Under the pieces are notes generated by a model. The model saw nothing but the letters and a program-made list of their open reading frames with translations. It was not told where the DNA came from and searched no databases. Both the position numbers and the translations under genes were made by a program. DNA of 64,000 bases from Felis catus (taxonomy: Eukaryota): the NCBI RefSeq assembly GCF_018350175.1, contig NC_058368.1, forward strand, positions 221,590,001-221,654,000. Direction: 5' to 3'. Shown one piece after another: positions 1 to 11,518 of the stretch (the stretch's first letter is position 1; each line of letters opens with the position of its first letter).

Positions 1-620
1 GAGTGTCGAAAAGGATAGTACCCAAGTGAAGTGCATCCTTTAGAAAGGGCATTAGTGTGAGGAAGGAAGCAGTCCTACAAAATAGAAAAGCATATGCAAA
101 GGGCCTGATTCCTACAGGATCTTGATTTTGACAGGAAATGAATGCCCAGAGTGGTCGGTAAGTTTTAGGGATAATGGAACAAGATGGAATCAGAAGTCAA
201 GAGTAGATCAGGCATGCATGGCCTTGCTGAACAAGGAATTTGGATGCTATGCAATATGTAGTTAAAAGCTAGTGAAGGGATTGAATGGGGGTGCAGTATA
301 TCTTGACTAGTATTTTTTAAAGTTCCTCTAGCTGCTGCCTGAAATTATTATTTGAAGATTGGTTAGACTGGAAGGAAGGAGGCCAGATGGATTGTTTCAG
401 AGTACTTTGGGCATAACATAAATGAGCCTCTGTTGATTGTGGGAATGGAACGAAAGACAAAAATGTCAAGTTCATATATTATTTGGATGCAAATCAAACA
501 GTATGTACTGACAGTAGTTTACACTTGGGAAATCAAAAAAGAGGAAAACCAAAGGTTTGGCTTTCAGATTAAATCAAAGTTATGTGATGTCACCAAGAAA
601 ACTATGGGAAGGAAAGGAGC
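1..620 (-). mobile_element. L2 LINE remnant
   Basis: Degenerate L2-like motifs such as gcatatgcaaagggcctga, aaggaatttggatg and ctctagctgctg. Confidence 0.6.
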
Positions 621-1492
621 TCTATAAGCTTTAATATTTAGAGATTATTTAGAATAGAAAAATAACCATATCCAATACCTTGCTCTATCAATTTCATTCA
701 TGATTTAATAAGCTAATAGTATATTCGTAATAGGATGTATAAGTGAAGAGCACATACCTATTGTAACTGCTTGCTCCAATGACAGAGCCCAACTGTCCAG
801 CTGCCCTTAGGATTGAACAAGCCAAGACAATCGACAGAATGTTTTCACTCATCTGAGACCACTGACTCCTTTATTCAGTTTGAGTGACATTTTTATTTCC
901 TGGTCTCCAGTGTATTGCTCTTTTTACTCACATTTTTCCCTTGGCATGTGATTTGCTCTCTTGATAAAATGAGATCCTGAAAAGGATCACTGAGACGTCC
1001 TTGGTCACAGCTCTCTGGGCCATTAGTTTAGCGGCTTTACATGGTGGCTTCTGTAGCAGACAGGCTTCCGAGGCCAGCATCAGCAATTCTGAGCAGGTTA
1101 GAGGAACAAAGTGGCCGTCCATGGGTAACATGTTTCAATTTCCTCTTACTAATTCCGTATCTGATATAAGGGTGACTCTTTTCCTACCTATAGATCAAGG
1201 AAAGATGTATGTAAACCATTCTTAAAAGCTTCGGTGTAGTCTCATTTCCAAAAATGTATACCGTGTAATATCAGTCTGCACATTTCCATCTTTTCAGGTG
1301 GTCCCATTGCCTCAGTTCTTCCCTGCAGTCATCTGCTTTGCTTACACCTTTGACTGCTTGATTCATATTCCTGCCTCTGAAAGATCACATTTCCTCTCTA
1401 CTTTCCTCAAGGATACTACTACCCCCCAGCCCACTATATTGAAATAGCACTTAAAATAGACACAGTAATAGTACCTGCCACATAGAAACGTT

Positions 1493-1679
1493 AAATTTGT
1501 TTTTTTTTCTATTTTTGAGAGAAGTGGGGGGAGGGGCAGCGGGAGAAGGAGAGAGAATCTCAAGCAGGTCACATACCCATCATGGAGCCTAATGCATGCC
1601 TCGATCTCATGACCATGAGATCATGACCTGAGCTGAAATCAAGAGTCAGATACTTAACCAACTGAGCCACCCGAGCGCC
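1493..1679 (-). mobile_element. CAN-SINE
   Basis: T-rich tail, GA-rich tract and the reverse complement of a tRNA-like head (ctgagccacccgagcgcc). Confidence 0.92.
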
Positions 1680-1733
1680 ATTTTAAGATTCTTTAAATAA
1701 ATACTTTATGTAAGGACCTTACCAGAATCCTTG

Positions 1734-2170
1734 TGCTATGGATTGAATCGTATGTTCCCCACAATTCATATGTTGAAGCCCTAACCTCTACAGCATATAA
1801 CTGGATTTGGAGATAGGACTTTTAGGAGGTAATTGGGATTAAATGAAGTTGTAAGGATAGGGCCCTAATCCCATAGGATTGGTGGTTTATAAGAAGAGAG
1901 AGAGAGAAAGAGAGAGAGAGTGAGAGAGAGAGAGAGAAAGAAAGAGCTCTCTGAGCACACACACACTGAGAAAAGACCATGTGAAAACATAGCAAGACGG
2001 CAGCCATATGTAAGGCAGAAAGAGAGTTCTTACTCTCTTCAGTTTCATCAGAAATGAATCTGATGCCACCTTGATCTTGACTTTTGAACCCATGGAATTG
2101 TTAGAAATAGATTTGTTATATATGCCATTTAGCCTGTGGTATTTTGTTAAGGCAGCCTGAGCAGATTACT
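1734..2170 (+). mobile_element. MLT1A/B-like MaLR solo LTR
   Basis: Starts tgctatggattgaat...aattcatatgttgaagccctaacc, includes gggccctaatcc and ccatgtga, ends gtggtattttgttaaggcagcctgagcagatta. Confidence 0.88.
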
Positions 2171-2325
2171 ACCCTTTGTTGTATACTAGCTACTCCATAG
2201 TTTATTATTACTAGTTTTCTTAGTCTTCTATCTCTAAATTTATCTTAAACTCATGTCAGATCAAATTATTTTGTGCTCCCAGAAGATCATTCCAGTGTTT
2301 CTATTCTAAGTGCTCATGTGTGGGT

Positions 2326-2370
2326 TTTGTTGTTGTTGTTGTTGTTTTGTTTTGTTTTGTTTTGTTTTTG
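2326..2370. repeat. (GTT)n/(GTTTT)n microsatellite
   Basis: Directly visible. Confidence 0.9.
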
Positions 2371-2667
2371 TATGAAATGCTATGCATTTTCTTCTCAGCT
2401 CAATAAATGGTACAGTTCTAATTACCAAACCCATGGGTCAAGGACACACACTTTGAATCTCAGCACAAATATTTCTTAATGATGCTTTAAATTTATTAAA
2501 TATACTCTTTAGTACATGCAATTATTTACTTCTCTATCCCCCAACTAAACAGAAGGTATATGAAGGCAAAGATATCATCATAATTTTAGGTCTTTCTCCA
2601 ACATACCAAACAGAACCTGTGGCAAGGTGGGACAGGATATATGTGATATATTGTATGATTTGTATTG

Positions 2668-2670
<3 letters not shown>

Positions 2671-2713
<43 letters not shown>

Positions 2714-2866
2714 ATATATATATGTATGTATATATATATATACATACATATATATGTATATATATGTATACATACGTATATATATGTATACATATATATA
2801 TGTATATATATGTATACATATGTATACGTATGTATACATATATATGTATGTATATATATATATATG
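2671..2866. repeat. Compound (TA)n/(TATG)n/(TACA)n microsatellite
   Basis: About 195 bp of near-alternating purine-pyrimidine sequence. Confidence 0.97.
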
Positions 2867-3212
2867 ATTGTATATATAATGATATATCAAAATGATAAAA
2901 TCTGGAAACATTGAAATATTTCTTTTTCAGTATGCCATTGAAACATGTCTGTGCTTAATACTACCAATATCCCTAGTCTCCAGTAGATCATATTTGGATA
3001 AATGTTACCACTGATTCACTGGTATTCTAGGATTTGAAAGTGCTAATTGTGTGGAGGATACATTAATATATGTACTTAATATTTCAATGATTTCCATGTA
3101 ACTGACCACAAACAAAGCTCCTTCCCTATTTATACAAGGTCTAACAAGAAACACAGTCTCACTTCAATTCAGACAGTTTAGTTTCTAATATGAAGAATTT
3201 TATGCATATCCT

Positions 3213-3412
3213 GGGGTGCCTGGGTGGATCAGTCAGTTAAGTGTCTGTCTCTTGATTTCCACTCAGGTCATGATCGCATGGTTGTGGGATCAAGCCCCAC
3301 ATCAGGCTCTGTGGTGAGTGTGGAGCCTGCTTAAGATGATGTCTCCCTCTCTCTTTGTTCCTCCCCCCTGCTTGTGCTCTCTCTCTCTCTAAAAATAAAT
3401 AAACATTAAAAA
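3213..3412 (+). mobile_element. CAN-SINE
   Basis: ggggtgcctgggtgg head, (CT)n tract, aataaa A-rich tail. Confidence 0.93.
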
Positions 3413-3774
3413 CATGTTTGTACATACCCTTGTATATTTGTTAATTTATTCATTTATTCAGCAACTATTATTAAGTCCCAACCTGTGCTCAATTCACAGT
3501 GATCCAAATAGGGAATATCACTGTCATCACAGAACTCCTTGTGTTTTCAGTTACATTTACCCAGTTGATCCTCATCAATGCAACTGAGATCGCATAACCT
3601 TTCTTACAGGTTGTGTTAAGATTTATTAACAGTAAGTGATTTGAAATGATAAAGCAATTAACATGTGTGTAATAGTCTTTTTGGAGTGAGCTCTCATAAG
3701 ACATTTTAGGGTACACTGTCATCAACCTTTATCATAGAGAAGAAAGGAAGCGATTTGTGTTTTCAAAACTGTGT

Positions 3775-4090
3775 GCTAAGTTGCTTTTCGGTTTACAAAT
3801 GGAAGCACTTCAAACTAGCCTAATCTAATCAAGGAAAGCAAAGATATTTATTGGAATAACACTATACTTTATTAATATCAAAGAAAAGCAGATAACCTGG
3901 ACTAAATAATGATAAAAGGCAAAGCAAAAAAAAAAAAAAGAATCAAAACCAACCTTGATAATCCCTGCATCTGCTCATTCTCAATCTCTTCCTCTCTCTA
4001 GCTCTTTCCTTTTATTTGCTTCTCTGTGTAACATTCTTCACCACAAAATTTACATCTACTCCATTCAATGGGACATTTCCTGAGATTAGT
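3775..4090 (-). mobile_element. Possible old MLT1J/K-like LTR fragment
   Basis: The segment cttttcggtttacaaatggaagcacttcaaactagcctaa...tattttattgga resembles an MLT1K-type terminus. Confidence 0.4.
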
Positions 4091-4091
4091 C

Positions 4092-4184
4092 TTTTTTTTT
4101 ATGGGTTTTTTTTTTTTGAGTGAGAGAGAGCTTGAGGGGGGGAGAGGGGCAGAAGGAGAGAGAGAGATTGAGAGCGAGAGCGAG

Positions 4185-4225
<41 letters not shown>

Positions 4226-4350
4226 CCTAAGCAGGCTCCATGCTCAGCATAGTGCCCAACACAGAGCCTGATCTCATGATCATGGGATCATGACCTAAGC
4301 TGAAGTCATGAGTCAGCCGCTTAACTGACTGAGTCACCCAAGGCACCTCC
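4092..4350 (-). mobile_element. CAN-SINE with expanded (GA)n
   Basis: T tail, long GA tract, gcaggctcc...ctgactgagtcacccaaggcacc. Confidence 0.93.
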
Positions 4351-5532
4351 TGTCCAAAATTCACAGAAAATAGAATTATTTTGAAAATTTAAAAAACAAC
4401 AAGTTATTACTCAAATAGAGATTAAAGACTTTATTCAGCTGATGCACAATGATAATTATCTGGAGACCACATAATTCCGTCAGCAGCTGGATATGGGTTT
4501 TCACTGAGTGAAGAGAGAGAGGTATGTAGCTTCGTGGTCTGGGGCGGGTTCCAGTTTTCTTCATCTTTAACTGATACTAAAGTTATGGTTGGCACAATTT
4601 GATTTCCCTAGTTTTTGATGTCCCTTGTTTCGGATCATCGGTCCAAAATCCTTTTCCATACACTCTCAGGACAGTTATTTTTAGAGCTGTTTCTGTAAGC
4701 CTTCAGGGTTATCCACAAGTCAAGGTTCAAGAGGAAAAGCACTATAAAAAGATGGGATTCAGGGAAAAAGAAGAGAGAAAATAAGAAAGGAGGTGAGGGC
4801 CAAAGCAAGGCAACCTAGGTCTAAGTTATCCACTCTTGATCCAATCAGATTCAATTGATGATAGAGGGTCACAGAGTGGAAACAGACTTTGGGGACTTCC
4901 TTTGGATGGGACACAGGCAGTTTTCATGAAAACTGAAAGGAGCTGGCAGAGGAGTCTGGCAGAGAAAGTAACAAGATTGATAAATGTAGTTTTGATAAGT
5001 CCAGTTACTGAAGGAAAATATGGACTTCTTTGGCTAACACAATGACATGTCAGTCAGAGTTGTCTATAAGTGCAAAGGTTTACTTCCAAGAAGAGTAAAA
5101 ATCACTGCAGGGGAACTGGATAAATGTAAGTATTGCCGTGTAAGATATCCCTACACTGAGTGAAGGTTCAACCAGAGAACATTTAATGTCTCATACAAAT
5201 GATTCTATAAAGGGGGGGAAGCAAAAATTACAAAAAAATATTTGACTTATACGAGCCTCTATGCACCTGACTATAATCACTCAAAGAGGATTAGCAAGTA
5301 TCATAAAAGTGGCCTGCATTTTTAAACAAGGACATCTCCATTATTATTGGCCACCTAGAAAGATCATGTACTGCAATCTGAGGAAACTATCATGGCTTCC
5401 ATTTTGGCTTCCAGATTCAGTGACTCCAAAATATCGGTGAACAAATTTCAAAACAATGACAGTCATAATTAATCTGATTCAGTCTAGCTATTATCAAAGG
5501 CCATAACTTAATAACAAATTATATATATATTT

Positions 5533-5556
5533 GTGTGTGTGTGTGTGTGTGTGTGT
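5533..5556. repeat. (TG)n microsatellite
   Basis: Directly visible. Confidence 0.9.
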
Positions 5557-7040
5557 TTACACACATGCACAGATACAATTCTAAGGAGAATATTATATAT
5601 AACTGTGATGCTCTCTTGCATATTCAGATAATAATTGATTTCTACCAAGTAGGTTGATGTTAAACAAATCCCTCAGTCCACTTATCTTAAAAAATGAATT
5701 ATATATTCTAAGCATATGGTAGGAAATAAAATATCCTTTTCAACTAAGTTTGTCAGCTTTTCTTTTTTTGACCATCTTTGAACATTCAATATGATATTGT
5801 AAGCTGAATGAATACATACTGTTTATTTGCTTCAGGAATCGCTCGTGTAACTATCTGCCACATTGCTTCACTGTAAAAGAAAAAAGTAAGTCAAAAAGAA
5901 GAATATATACAACATTATTCTGGAACTCTATAAAGCCACGGATGTTATATCATGATTATGTATTTAAGTAGCTGAAAGTCATTTGTAGTCTTAATATGCA
6001 TGGATGATATAATAAAGGACATGATGAACATGGGCCTCAAACCATGTCTGAGCAAGAGATAATGGTGACATTTGTCTAAATGGTGCATATATTCAACACA
6101 TTTTGACAGATTTTATTAATGCAAATGATTTTCAGAGAATCAGTGTTCAGTTTCAGAGATAAAAAATGTAAATTTTCATTTCTCTAGTTGAATTACATTG
6201 CTCTCATGCTATGTTAGCACCTAATTTTAAAAGGAATTGGTGCAATATGTATATCTCTACTTTGTGATAAGCTATTGTATTCTGAAATTTGAAAGTATTA
6301 CTTTCAAAACAAAAGTATACAACATAAAAATGTGTGTCAAACATGCACTGAGTAAATATTTTTTTTTAATAGGAAAACCTCAGTAAGTCAAAGACCCTTT
6401 GTTCTCTTTGCAATGATGTTTAACTGCAAAGTTAGCTAACGTCAGCTCCCAATTAAATAAAATCAACTGTGAGAAAGTAAGACAGATTGATTCACAATTA
6501 ATGGTTGAGCAAACATTCCTCCAGTTTATTTCCTGCTTTAAGTCTTTGGGAGATATTCCATTATTTTTGCCTCCTTACATTTATGAGGAAAGTTATCAGG
6601 ATATTCATGAATAAGCTTATATTTATAGGATTTCTGCTTCGGCTACATCATTTAGGTCTTATATATGCAAATTTAAAATTTGAAATATTCTGCATAAATA
6701 TGAAATATTGTGAAGTGCATGTCTCTGACACATTTTTTTTCCTGCTGAAATTCAATACTATCAAACATAGACATACTTTGGGAGCCGTACCATGAGAATC
6801 TGAAAATGATCATCATGTGATGACTATATTTTTTTTAAGTTAAAGGATTTGTGGCAGACCAAATAGCACAGGAAACTTGGATGGCAAATGAAGGAGGTTA
6901 TTAATGATTTGAACTTTTCTTTTTATCTATGCTTTTGTTTACATAGTAGGATGACTCTATTACATATTGCCATTTAACACTGATTCATTAGCAGCTAGCA
7001 CAAGTGAAATCTGACCTACCTTAAGTGAGTCAGTTATTCC

Positions 7041-7253
7041 TTTTTATTTTTAAGTTTATTTATTTTGAGAGAGAGAGTTTGGAGGAGGGAAAGGGCTGAG
7101 TGAGAGAGGGAGAGAGAGAGAATCCCAAGCAAGCTCTGTGCTGTCATCGCAGAGCCTGATGCAGGGCTCAAACTCACTCACGAACCGTGAGATCATGACT
7201 TGAGCCAAAATCAAGAGTCGGAGAATTAACTGACCAAGTCACCCAGGTGTCCC
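7041..7253 (-). mobile_element. CAN-SINE with TSD
   Basis: TSD tgagtcagttattc (7026-7039) / tgaatcagttattc (7255-7268). Confidence 0.95.
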
Positions 7254-8030
7254 ATGAATCAGTTATTCTTAACCTGTTCCATCAATGGATTTACTTAGCA
7301 ACCTTTATTATATACTCATAGAATAAATGTGCACATGCATGCATACATATATACATCCTATATAAATTCTAGATATATAAAGCCATGTGATATACCTGAG
7401 ACAGATTATGTGTATATATACATACGTGCATCTTGAAAATCTATATATTTTAATGAACATGTACTCAGTGAGCTTTCATTATTAACCAGAAATAAATGGT
7501 ATTATATTCCAAGCAAATATGCAACCAGAGATCTTCCCTTATTTTATTCGCACATGATTAAGGCAGTTCCTTTCTCAAGATATAGAGTCCCTTCTCTTTT
7601 CCTCCTTCATGATTCTTTCTGGAAGCCAATGCTGTAAAAAGTTAAAAATTCAAGTCACAGAAGGCATCTGGATCACACACAAAAACTTTATTACTTTAAT
7701 ATAAAAATCAGTCAGTCTTTGAAAAAAATTAATGAAACCTCAAAAGCCTTCTCTCAGAGGATCTTACAACTGGATTGTTTGTTTGTTTGTTTGTATTTTG
7801 ATGCTTTATCCTAAAAATAGCTAATAAATGGGAAGCTAACCTGCATTCCTTTTATGAATGTTGTATCATAGTCAATATGAGCAGACATAATACTAGAGAT
7901 TCTTAAGCATCTTGTGTTATAGAATATTGCATAGATATTTATTGGGATTTATATCCTACCCATTATATATTTATCTATAGTTTTATCATTTAAGAAGAGG
8001 CATGCATGATCTTTTGGATCTAATATAAGC

Positions 8031-8265
8031 TTTTTTTAAAAAAATATTTTAATGCTTATTTTTGAGAGAGTAAGAGAGAGAGAGAGATTGGGAGAGACAG
8101 AGAAAGAGAGAGACAGAGATAGAGACAGAGACAGAGTCTGAAGCAGGTTCTAGGCTCTGAGCTGTCAGCACAGAACCCAACATAGAGCTCAAACTCATGC
8201 GAACCTTGAGATTATGATCAGAGCCGAAATCTTAAGTTTAACGAACTGAGCCATCCAGGCGCCCC
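8031..8265 (-). mobile_element. CAN-SINE (feliform type) with TSD
   Basis: Contains the ggctctgagctgtcagcacaga insert. TSD ggatctaatataagc (8016-8030) / ggatctgatataagc (8268-8282). Confidence 0.95.
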
Positions 8266-8500
8266 AAGGATCTGATATAAGCCCTTAAACACCTGGATCC
8301 TTCACTGTATGTTTTGACATATCCACATAATGTGTCCACCTGTCTGACATCTGGTAACTTGGTATAAATTGTAGCAAAATTTCCAAGTGAATACATCTCT
8401 ACCAAATAAGGACATGAAATTTGTTATACTTACATAGGATCAAGTTGCATTCAGTAAATAGTTTTAGAAATAACTTAAAACCAAGTTACAGTTAAACTTT

Positions 8501-8521
8501 CTTATTTATTTGTTTGTTTGT

Positions 8522-8568
<47 letters not shown>

Positions 8569-8681
8569 GAATCCATGCAGCATGGAGTCTGATGCGAGGC
8601 TTGAACCCAAGAACCACGGTCCATGACCTAAATAGAAATCGAGAGTCAGATACTCAACCAACTGAGCCATCCAGGTGCCCC
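8501..8681 (-). mobile_element. CAN-SINE lacking the (CT)n tract, with (TTTA)n tail
   Basis: TSD tacagttaaacttt (8487-8500 / 8682-8695). Confidence 0.92.
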
Positions 8682-8709
8682 TACAGTTAAACTTTTATGT
8701 ACATTATTT

Positions 8710-8880
8710 CATTTTGGTCTTACAATAATTCACGTGAAAGAAAGGTGAATATTGTTATGTTCATGCTACACAGAGAAAACACAGTTTGGCAGTAATGAAA
8801 TAAATTGCTCCAGGTCACATACCCAGTAAGTAACAGAGGCTAAACTGAAATCACGGCTTTCAGTCTCCCAATTCTCTGTT
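8710..8880 (-). mobile_element. MIR SINE remnant
   Basis: Core ttgctccaggtcacatacccagtaagtaacagag. Confidence 0.75.
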
Positions 8881-9496
8881 GTTGATTGTTATAGAACCCC
8901 ATCAAGTAAATATTGTGTATTAAAGGTGCAGAAACATCTTTCATACTTTTATACTACCAAAGTCCATCTACGATGTCTGCAGAATTGCACATGGACATTT
9001 CAGGATTTCTGTAAATCATCAGGATGAAAGCTTTTCTTGTATACCTAGCTATCAACTGAAAGTCAAACAGATTTGACTCTTAAAAGAATTTAATCTGTAG
9101 GTTGGAGAGACAATGATAAGCTATTTCATCCTGCTTAACGAATTCAATTGAAATTAAAAATATATTAACTCATTGTTTTCACTTTCATATCAGAAATCAT
9201 TTATTCTCCTTGTCACTACTGTAATGCAAGCTTTCTATTCTACCAACTTTTTAAATGATTTGAAGACTATGTTACAGTAAAATGCTAAAAACTTTTCATC
9301 TTTCTCTTTGTCTCTCTCTCTTCAAGTTTAAACAGTACAAACAATGGGAAAGGGAATTTACATGTCATTATAAACCCTCTAGATGTGTGGAGCTATTTTT
9401 AAAAATTAAAGTAACAATTCAAAAATATAATATGCATTTTAATTATATAAATACATATGTAAATTTTGAATGAATTAATTTTAAACCAATAATTTA

Positions 9497-9712
9497 GGGG
9501 TGCCTGGGTGACTCAGTCGGTTTAGCATCTGACTTCAGTTCAAGTCATGATCTCACCGTTTGTGGGTTCAAGCCCTGTGTCAGGTTCTGTGCTGACAGCT
9601 CAGAGCCTGGAGCCTGCTTCAGATTCTGTGTCTCCCTCTCTCTCTGCCCCTCCCCTGCTCACACGCTTATCTCTCTTTTAAAAATAAATAAATACTTAAA
9701 AAAATAAAAAAT
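9497..9712 (+). mobile_element. CAN-SINE (SINEC_Fc-like)
   Basis: Full head, ctgtgctgacagctcagagcctggagcctg insert, CT tract, A tail, TSD-like aaaccaataat / aaaccattaat. Confidence 0.96.
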
Positions 9713-10246
9713 AAACCATTAATCTGTTGTTTGATAATAGAATTGACTTTATTGAGATAAAAAAACAGCCAGGGCTATAATCTCTGGTAGTTCTTTAAAG
9801 TAAAACATATTTGAAGAAAAGGGTGTGTTTTCCAAACTCTAGCTTTTTTAATTTGTGAAGCAAATGTATGGTAAGCATTTATTTAATGGCAAATATTGCA
9901 TTCTCATTGATAGTATGTGAAAGAATGAGATTTAAATTATATATAGAATATTAATCTTTTTTGGCATATTTGCTTATTTTCTGATTTTTTCCAGGAATGG
10001 ATCACATGTCTTATAATTACATATATTTTTAAGAGAATGAAATAAAATAAAATTAATTGGGTGAGGACATCAGAATGGAGGGAAAGTTAGATTAAGAAAA
10101 ATTCTATGAAGCCAGGAACTGTTAGTATACAAAATTCAAGTCAAGAAGAATTATTTTCTAGAAGTAGCTATACATGAAGCTCTAACTTTTCTATTTATCT
10201 GCATATGGAAAATATAGTTACATGGTAAGACTTTGCAGAAGTTAAA

Positions 10247-10286
10247 TGTACACACACATACACACACACACACATACACACATATA
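10247..10286. repeat. (CA)n microsatellite
   Basis: Directly visible, interrupted. Confidence 0.85.
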
Positions 10287-10873
10287 CTTGTTTTTGCTGA
10301 GTAGAAAGACAAACTATTCCTTTCAGATGGATAAAAAAATATCCCCCATTAAGCTTTTTGAAGAGGGTACCCAGTAATGAAAAGAATGTCCATCAACAAT
10401 ATCCTTACAGTTAAAAAAGTCCTTACAGTAAAAAATCTGATAAGTTTTAAAGAGCATTTTCTTGTAATGTTTTTTCCTTTAGGTCTTTGTAAAAGCATTT
10501 TGCAAAAGCATGTCTATAGGATTTTGATTTTTTCGTGTTAGAGGATTAATGCCTTAGGCTGGTCTGGCTTAATCTAAGGAAGAATTTCCAATATCCAGAG
10601 GAAACGGTGCGCCTGCTGTTTTTCCGGAAATCCTTCTTAAATGCTGCTTATCTCCACTAACCTTTCTATATGTAGTGAATGGGAGCATGCTTGTGGTTCT
10701 TTCTCCTGAAAAGGAACTAGAATTCAGCGAGTATTGTTGAGTTAATTATAAATCGTATGCTTAAAAGATACTCCAGGACCTGGTGAGTACACGTTTATGA
10801 ATCAAAGGTCATTTCACTTCTGCTCAGAGTGAGGCTTCAAAAATCCCTCAAAGCGAACATTCCCTTAAAAGCT

Positions 10874-11518
10874 GGTTGTCTTTGGTTGTTTTGGGTTGTC
10901 AGATGATCCTTTATTAAAATATTTTCCTTTACAGTTCTTAACTAACTGGACATTCCATTGCACCATTGTTGATGTCATCTATGATGTCATGAGGGTTGTG
11001 GCCATCAACATTGTGGTCCCCAGGATCTCTTTAATGGTTCCAGAGAGTTGTCTGGCTAAAGATCAGTGCTACATCTGCTGGGCAATGCTGACAGTCTCAT
11101 CAAAAGTGCTATTTCCACTGTGCTTAATGTTTTTCTGTTTCTGTCTCTTGGAAGTTCATTGAGGGCTTTGACAATCAGGACAGATGCAGAAGGTACCATG
11201 TCAATCTAGGTCTGTCTGTTCTGAGTGGTCAGTTTCACTGTAATTCTCAGATCCTTCCCATCTCCAGTTGCTTTGGCGATGTCGTTACCAATCTTTTTTG
11301 GAGACAGACCCGGGGGTGGTTATCTCTGCAGCAAAGGCAGACATGGCACTGACTTCCTCACTGGTGCACTTCAGGTGTAAGACTTTATCCCGTCGGGGTC
11401 AAACCTTAGTGGCATGGTGGAAGCGGCATGGTGGAGACAGCTGGCGTCAGGTAAACCTGGATTTGGGATGACTGAAGATAGTTACACCTTCACCTCCTCC
11501 CATCCAAAAGCCGAAAGC
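10874..11518 (-). pseudogene. RPL12: Processed pseudogene of 60S ribosomal protein L12
   Basis: Intronless. The minus strand gives MPLRFDP..., [37 protein letters not shown] and [13 protein letters not shown] (ATG 11415, TAA 10940-10938). It has an RPL12-like 5'UTR, AATAAA at 10915-10910, a decayed A-rich tail, two nonsense codons and several frameshifts. Degenerate TSD: CCCTTAAAAGCT (10862-10873) / CCCTCAAAGGCT (11519-11530). Confidence 0.95.

Noticed and set aside
1111..1124. REST/RE1-like half site GCCGTCCATGG
   Set aside because: The TGCTGA half is missing, so this is not a credible RE1.
2534..2914. Five overlapping Y/I-rich ORFs
   Set aside because: Translations of the (TA)n compound microsatellite.
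10896..11471. Plus-strand ORFs of 88 and 67 aa
   Set aside because: Antisense frames of the RPL12 pseudogene.
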